Source: Octopus bimaculoides (taxonomy: Eukaryota). Taken from it: DNA of 50,810 nucleotides. This document shows, piece after piece, positions 47,380 through 50,810 of the stretch (positions within the stretch are counted from its first letter, which is position 1; the number at the start of each line of letters is the position of its first letter). Location of the stretch: the NCBI RefSeq assembly GCF_001194135.2, contig NC_068981.1, positions 129,188,997-129,239,806 of the forward strand. Direction: 5' to 3'. The position numbers and the translations under genes were made by a program. Below the pieces are notes generated by a model. That model did no database searches and was not told the origin of the DNA. It was given only the letters and a program-made list of their open reading frames with translations.

Positions 47380-48535
47380 TGAAAATGTGCAGAAAACAGC
47401 TTCCATCACATGCCAGGGGGAAAAACTAGAAGTAGTTGATAGCTTCTATTACCTAAGTGACCAAGTCAGTAGCGGGGTGGATGCTCTGAGAGCATAGCTG
47501 CTAGAATAAGAATAGGCTGGGCAAAGTTCAGAGAGCTCCTACCTCTGCTGGTAACAAAGTACCTCTCGCTCAGAGTGAAAGGTAGACTGTATGATGCCTG
47601 TGTGCGAATAGCCATGCTACACAGCAGTGAAACATGGGCTGTGACTGCTGAGGACATGTGTACACTTGAAAGAAATGATGCTAGTATTCTCCACTGGATG
47701 TGTAATGTCAGAGTACGTACACAACAGAGTGTAAGCACCCTGATAGAAAAGTTGGACATAAGATGCATCAGATGCAGTATGCAAGAGTGACGACTGCGCT
47801 GGTATGGTCATATGTTACATATGGATGAGGACAGCTGTGTGAAGAAGTGTCACACCCTAACAGTGGCGGGAATTTGTGGAAGGGGTAGACCCAGGAAGAA
47901 CTAGGATGAGGTGGTGAAGCACGACCTTTGAACGTTGGGCTTCACAGAGACAATGACAAGCGACTGAGACCTTTGGAGATATGCTGTGCTTGAGAAGACC
48001 CGGCAAGCCAAGTGAGACCATGGCTGTGGCCCATGCCAGTGTTGCACAACTGGCCCATTTAAGAGTACTCTTCAGTCATTGGGCAACATGCTGTGCTTGA
48101 GAAGACATGTTGAGTCAAGTGAAATCGTTGTCATGGCTGATGCCAGTACTGCCTGACTGGCACGTAAAAAGCACCATTTGAGTGTGGTTGATGCCAGTGC
48201 CGCCGGACATGTTCCCATGCTGGTGGCACATAAAAAGCACCATACAAGCACGGTTGATGCCAGTACCGCCTGACCAGCTCCTGTGCTGGTGGCACATAAA
48301 AAGCACCATTTGAGTGTGGTCAATACCAGTGCCATCTGACTGGCCCCCATGCTAGTGGCACATAAAAAGCACCCACTACACTCTTGGAATCGTTGGCGTT
48401 AGGAAGGGCATCCAGCTGTAGAAACCTTGCCAGATCAGATTGGAGCCTGGTGCAGCCTCCTGGCTTGCCAGTCCTCAGTCAAACCGTCCAACCCATGCCA
48501 GCATGGAAAGCAGACGTTAAACGATGATAATGATG
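47380..48535 (+). mobile_element. 5'-truncated RTE-clade LINE (RT C-terminus, tandem-repeat 3' UTR, (GAT)n tail)
   Basis: LEVVDSFYYL...KGRLYDACVRIAMLHSSETWAV...RLRWYGHMLHMDEDSCVKKC...GRGRPRKN; 51-66-bp 3' UTR repeats at 48135-48383. Confidence 0.9.
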
Positions 48536-49169
48536 AACTTGGATGACCCAACCAGAAAACATATCTCTTAATAGTATTACTCTCAGAATCTTCAAGATAT
48601 GCAAATATTTACTCCAGTAAAGTAATACACACACCAGAAAGATCAGTTATGGTATTTATTGAATTAAGTGATGGAATCATTGATTTTATGTACTGATCTT
48701 GAGGCCAGCATTATTCAACATAGATATAACTTGAAACTAAACTGAATTACATACTTTAACCAAATCTGAGTTCAAATCCAGCTAACATAGCTCTTCATTT
48801 CTTTGTGGACAAAGATGTTGAAGCAGCTAGATGTTTTGAGATTTTGTGATCCACATTAGTTTTTTTTGTTGGTTATCACCACACTAGTATGCATGGTATG
48901 TTGTGTTTGTTAGAATTTAAAGTAACTTCTAAAATTACCATTGCATTAAAATATATATATTTACTATAACTTTGATTTAAAATAGAAGATTCAGTTTCTT
49001 TTGTCTTGATTTGTAACAAGTAGAATGTTAATTCATTTTCTTTTAAAAGAAAGTAAAATTATGAAGTTTTCTTGAATTTTGAAATAAGAGATAACATAAA
49101 AGTTAACAAAATTGAGCTGACTGCATGATGTGGCCAGTCTATTTGTAAACTGCTAATTTTTTCCTTCTC

Positions 49170-49202
<33 letters not shown>

Positions 49203-50269
49203 TCTCTCTCTCTCTCTAACATATTATCTGCTTCCCACCAGACAAAAAATATCTTAGTTTTTTTTATATCAAAGCCACAAATTATTAAATGTTGCTCTAA
49301 AGAAGCAAGTTGGATTAAATTTGTGTATGAAAAAAAATTATCCAAAATATATATCCAAAGTCTCTGAAGATAAATTTTCTTGATTTTGGAAACTGTTCTC
49401 TGTATGATAATAACAAAACATCTGCTATTAACAACACTTCCCCTCAACCAGAACCACCACAATCATAACCAACATTTCCACTAGTGTTATTGAAAACCTA
49501 AGCCTACAAGCTTTGACTAAGCTCAAATTAACTGAAAGGGTCAGATTTTGATGAGTTTGGGAGGAATTTTACCTTTGGCTCTATATTATCCAACCCATGC
49601 CAGCATGGGACATGAACATTAAATGATGATGCTGATGATAATGACTAAGAGTAATTTTCTCCACAACTCTGACAATACAACTACTATCAATTACACAATA
49701 CTGACAGGAGCTACTAATCAATGTGGCAAGCACAACTGAGAGGATATAAGTGCTTCATTGACAGAATCCAAAATAATGTTTTAGTTGTAGCTTAGAGCCA
49801 TTTCATTTCACTTGTGTTGCTGATGCTTGGATATCACAACTCCTAATTTTTCTTCATCTAAAAGTTGCAAGTTTTCTGTTTTTTGTTTCTGTATAAATTT
49901 AGGTATGGTCAGTAACTTGGAGAAGGATAGACTCTGCAAGGCTTATTATCATTACATCGCATTATATGACGTATTCAAAGACTACATTAATGACCCAATG
50001 AAGCAAGGGACATTGCATTATTTCCCTTATGAAAGACTGTATATCATCCCTATTATTATTAATTCCTAAAGAAAAAATACCAACTTGAAAGGTTTGATCT
50101 TAGCTTGAAATCTAAACAATAAGTAACTACTGTATCTAATATTCCAAACCTGTTCTGTAAATCTGTATTGAGTTAACTATTCCTGTTATATAATCAACTC
50201 CAACAACAACTCTAATCACAAAAGCAACAATTTGATTTCATAGAAAATTTAATATCATAATTTACTAGG

Positions 50270-50465
50270 ACAGTGGATTGACAGAGTTGGACAAAATGCC
50301 TTCTGGTATTTTTCCTGGCTGTTTGCTTTCTGTGTTTGAATTTCACTGAGGTCAACTTTATCTTTCATCCCTCCAGAGCAAATGCAATAAAGTATCAGTC
50401 AAGTACTGTGGTCAGTAGTATTGAATAACACCCTCCCTGCTAAGTTGCTGGCCTTGTGCTTTAAT
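50270..50465 (+). mobile_element. tRNA-derived SINE with Nin/Deu-like domain
   Basis: Decayed copy of the 45312-45515 family. Confidence 0.6.
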
Positions 50466-50479
50466 TAGAAAATATTAAA

Positions 50480-50810
50480 GTTGGCAAGCTAGCAGTATCG
50501 TTTGTAGCGGAGAAATGGGTGGATAAGGTAATCGAGGTCGTTAGAGTAAGTGACAGAGTACTTAAGATCAGACTAGTGCTTCATCATAGATTAGCTACTG
50601 TCATCTCAGCCTATGCACCTCAACCGGGGCTACCAGATGGTCTGAAAGACCAATTCTATGACACCCTCTTGCAAACTACCTCGTCGACGAGTGACAGGGA
50701 CCTTCTCTTTGTGGCTGGAGACTTCAACAGTCATGTCGGACGTCGTGCTGGAGGCTTCCATGGCATACATGGAGGCTATGGCTTCGGTTCCCGCAACGAG
50801 GAGGGAACCA
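50480..50810 (+). mobile_element. RTE-clade LINE endonuclease region, open to the window end
   Basis: Stop-free frame FVAEKWVDKVIEVVRVSDRVLKIRL...VISAYAPQPG...VAGDFNSHVG...GYGFGSRNEEG; CpG-rich. Confidence 0.9.

Overview
AT-rich, microsatellite- and TE-dense animal genomic DNA with four N-gaps. The SINE/RTE repeat content looks like an Octopus (coleoid cephalopod) assembly; this is inferred from recalled repeat families, not from a search. The window lies inside one + strand gene, a RILP-like (RILPL1-type) coiled-coil adaptor. Three clear coding exons (9172-9331, 42850-42968, 46508-46729) splice in frame, and the first exon and the RH2-encoding 3' exons lie outside the window. The rest is intron, filled with tRNA-derived SINEs, RTE/CR1/Tx1 LINE remnants, mariner elements, piggyBac-type MITEs and Penelope-like remnants. 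Best second-look items: (1) a frame-preserving 36-nt cassette exon at 36080-36115; (2) a minimal type I hammerhead ribozyme on the minus strand at 38666-38711; (3) a 320-bp inverted duplication flanked by a 70-bp direct repeat at 43486-45222; (4) two further long fold-backs at 24141-24327 and 30323-30872; (5) an AG|GTAAGT recursive-splice-like site at 7215; (6) a full-length mariner nested just inside the 3' TIR of an older mariner. No CRISPR array, rRNA or bona fide tRNA gene was seen. All alignments and counts were done by eye, and TE remnant boundaries are approximate.
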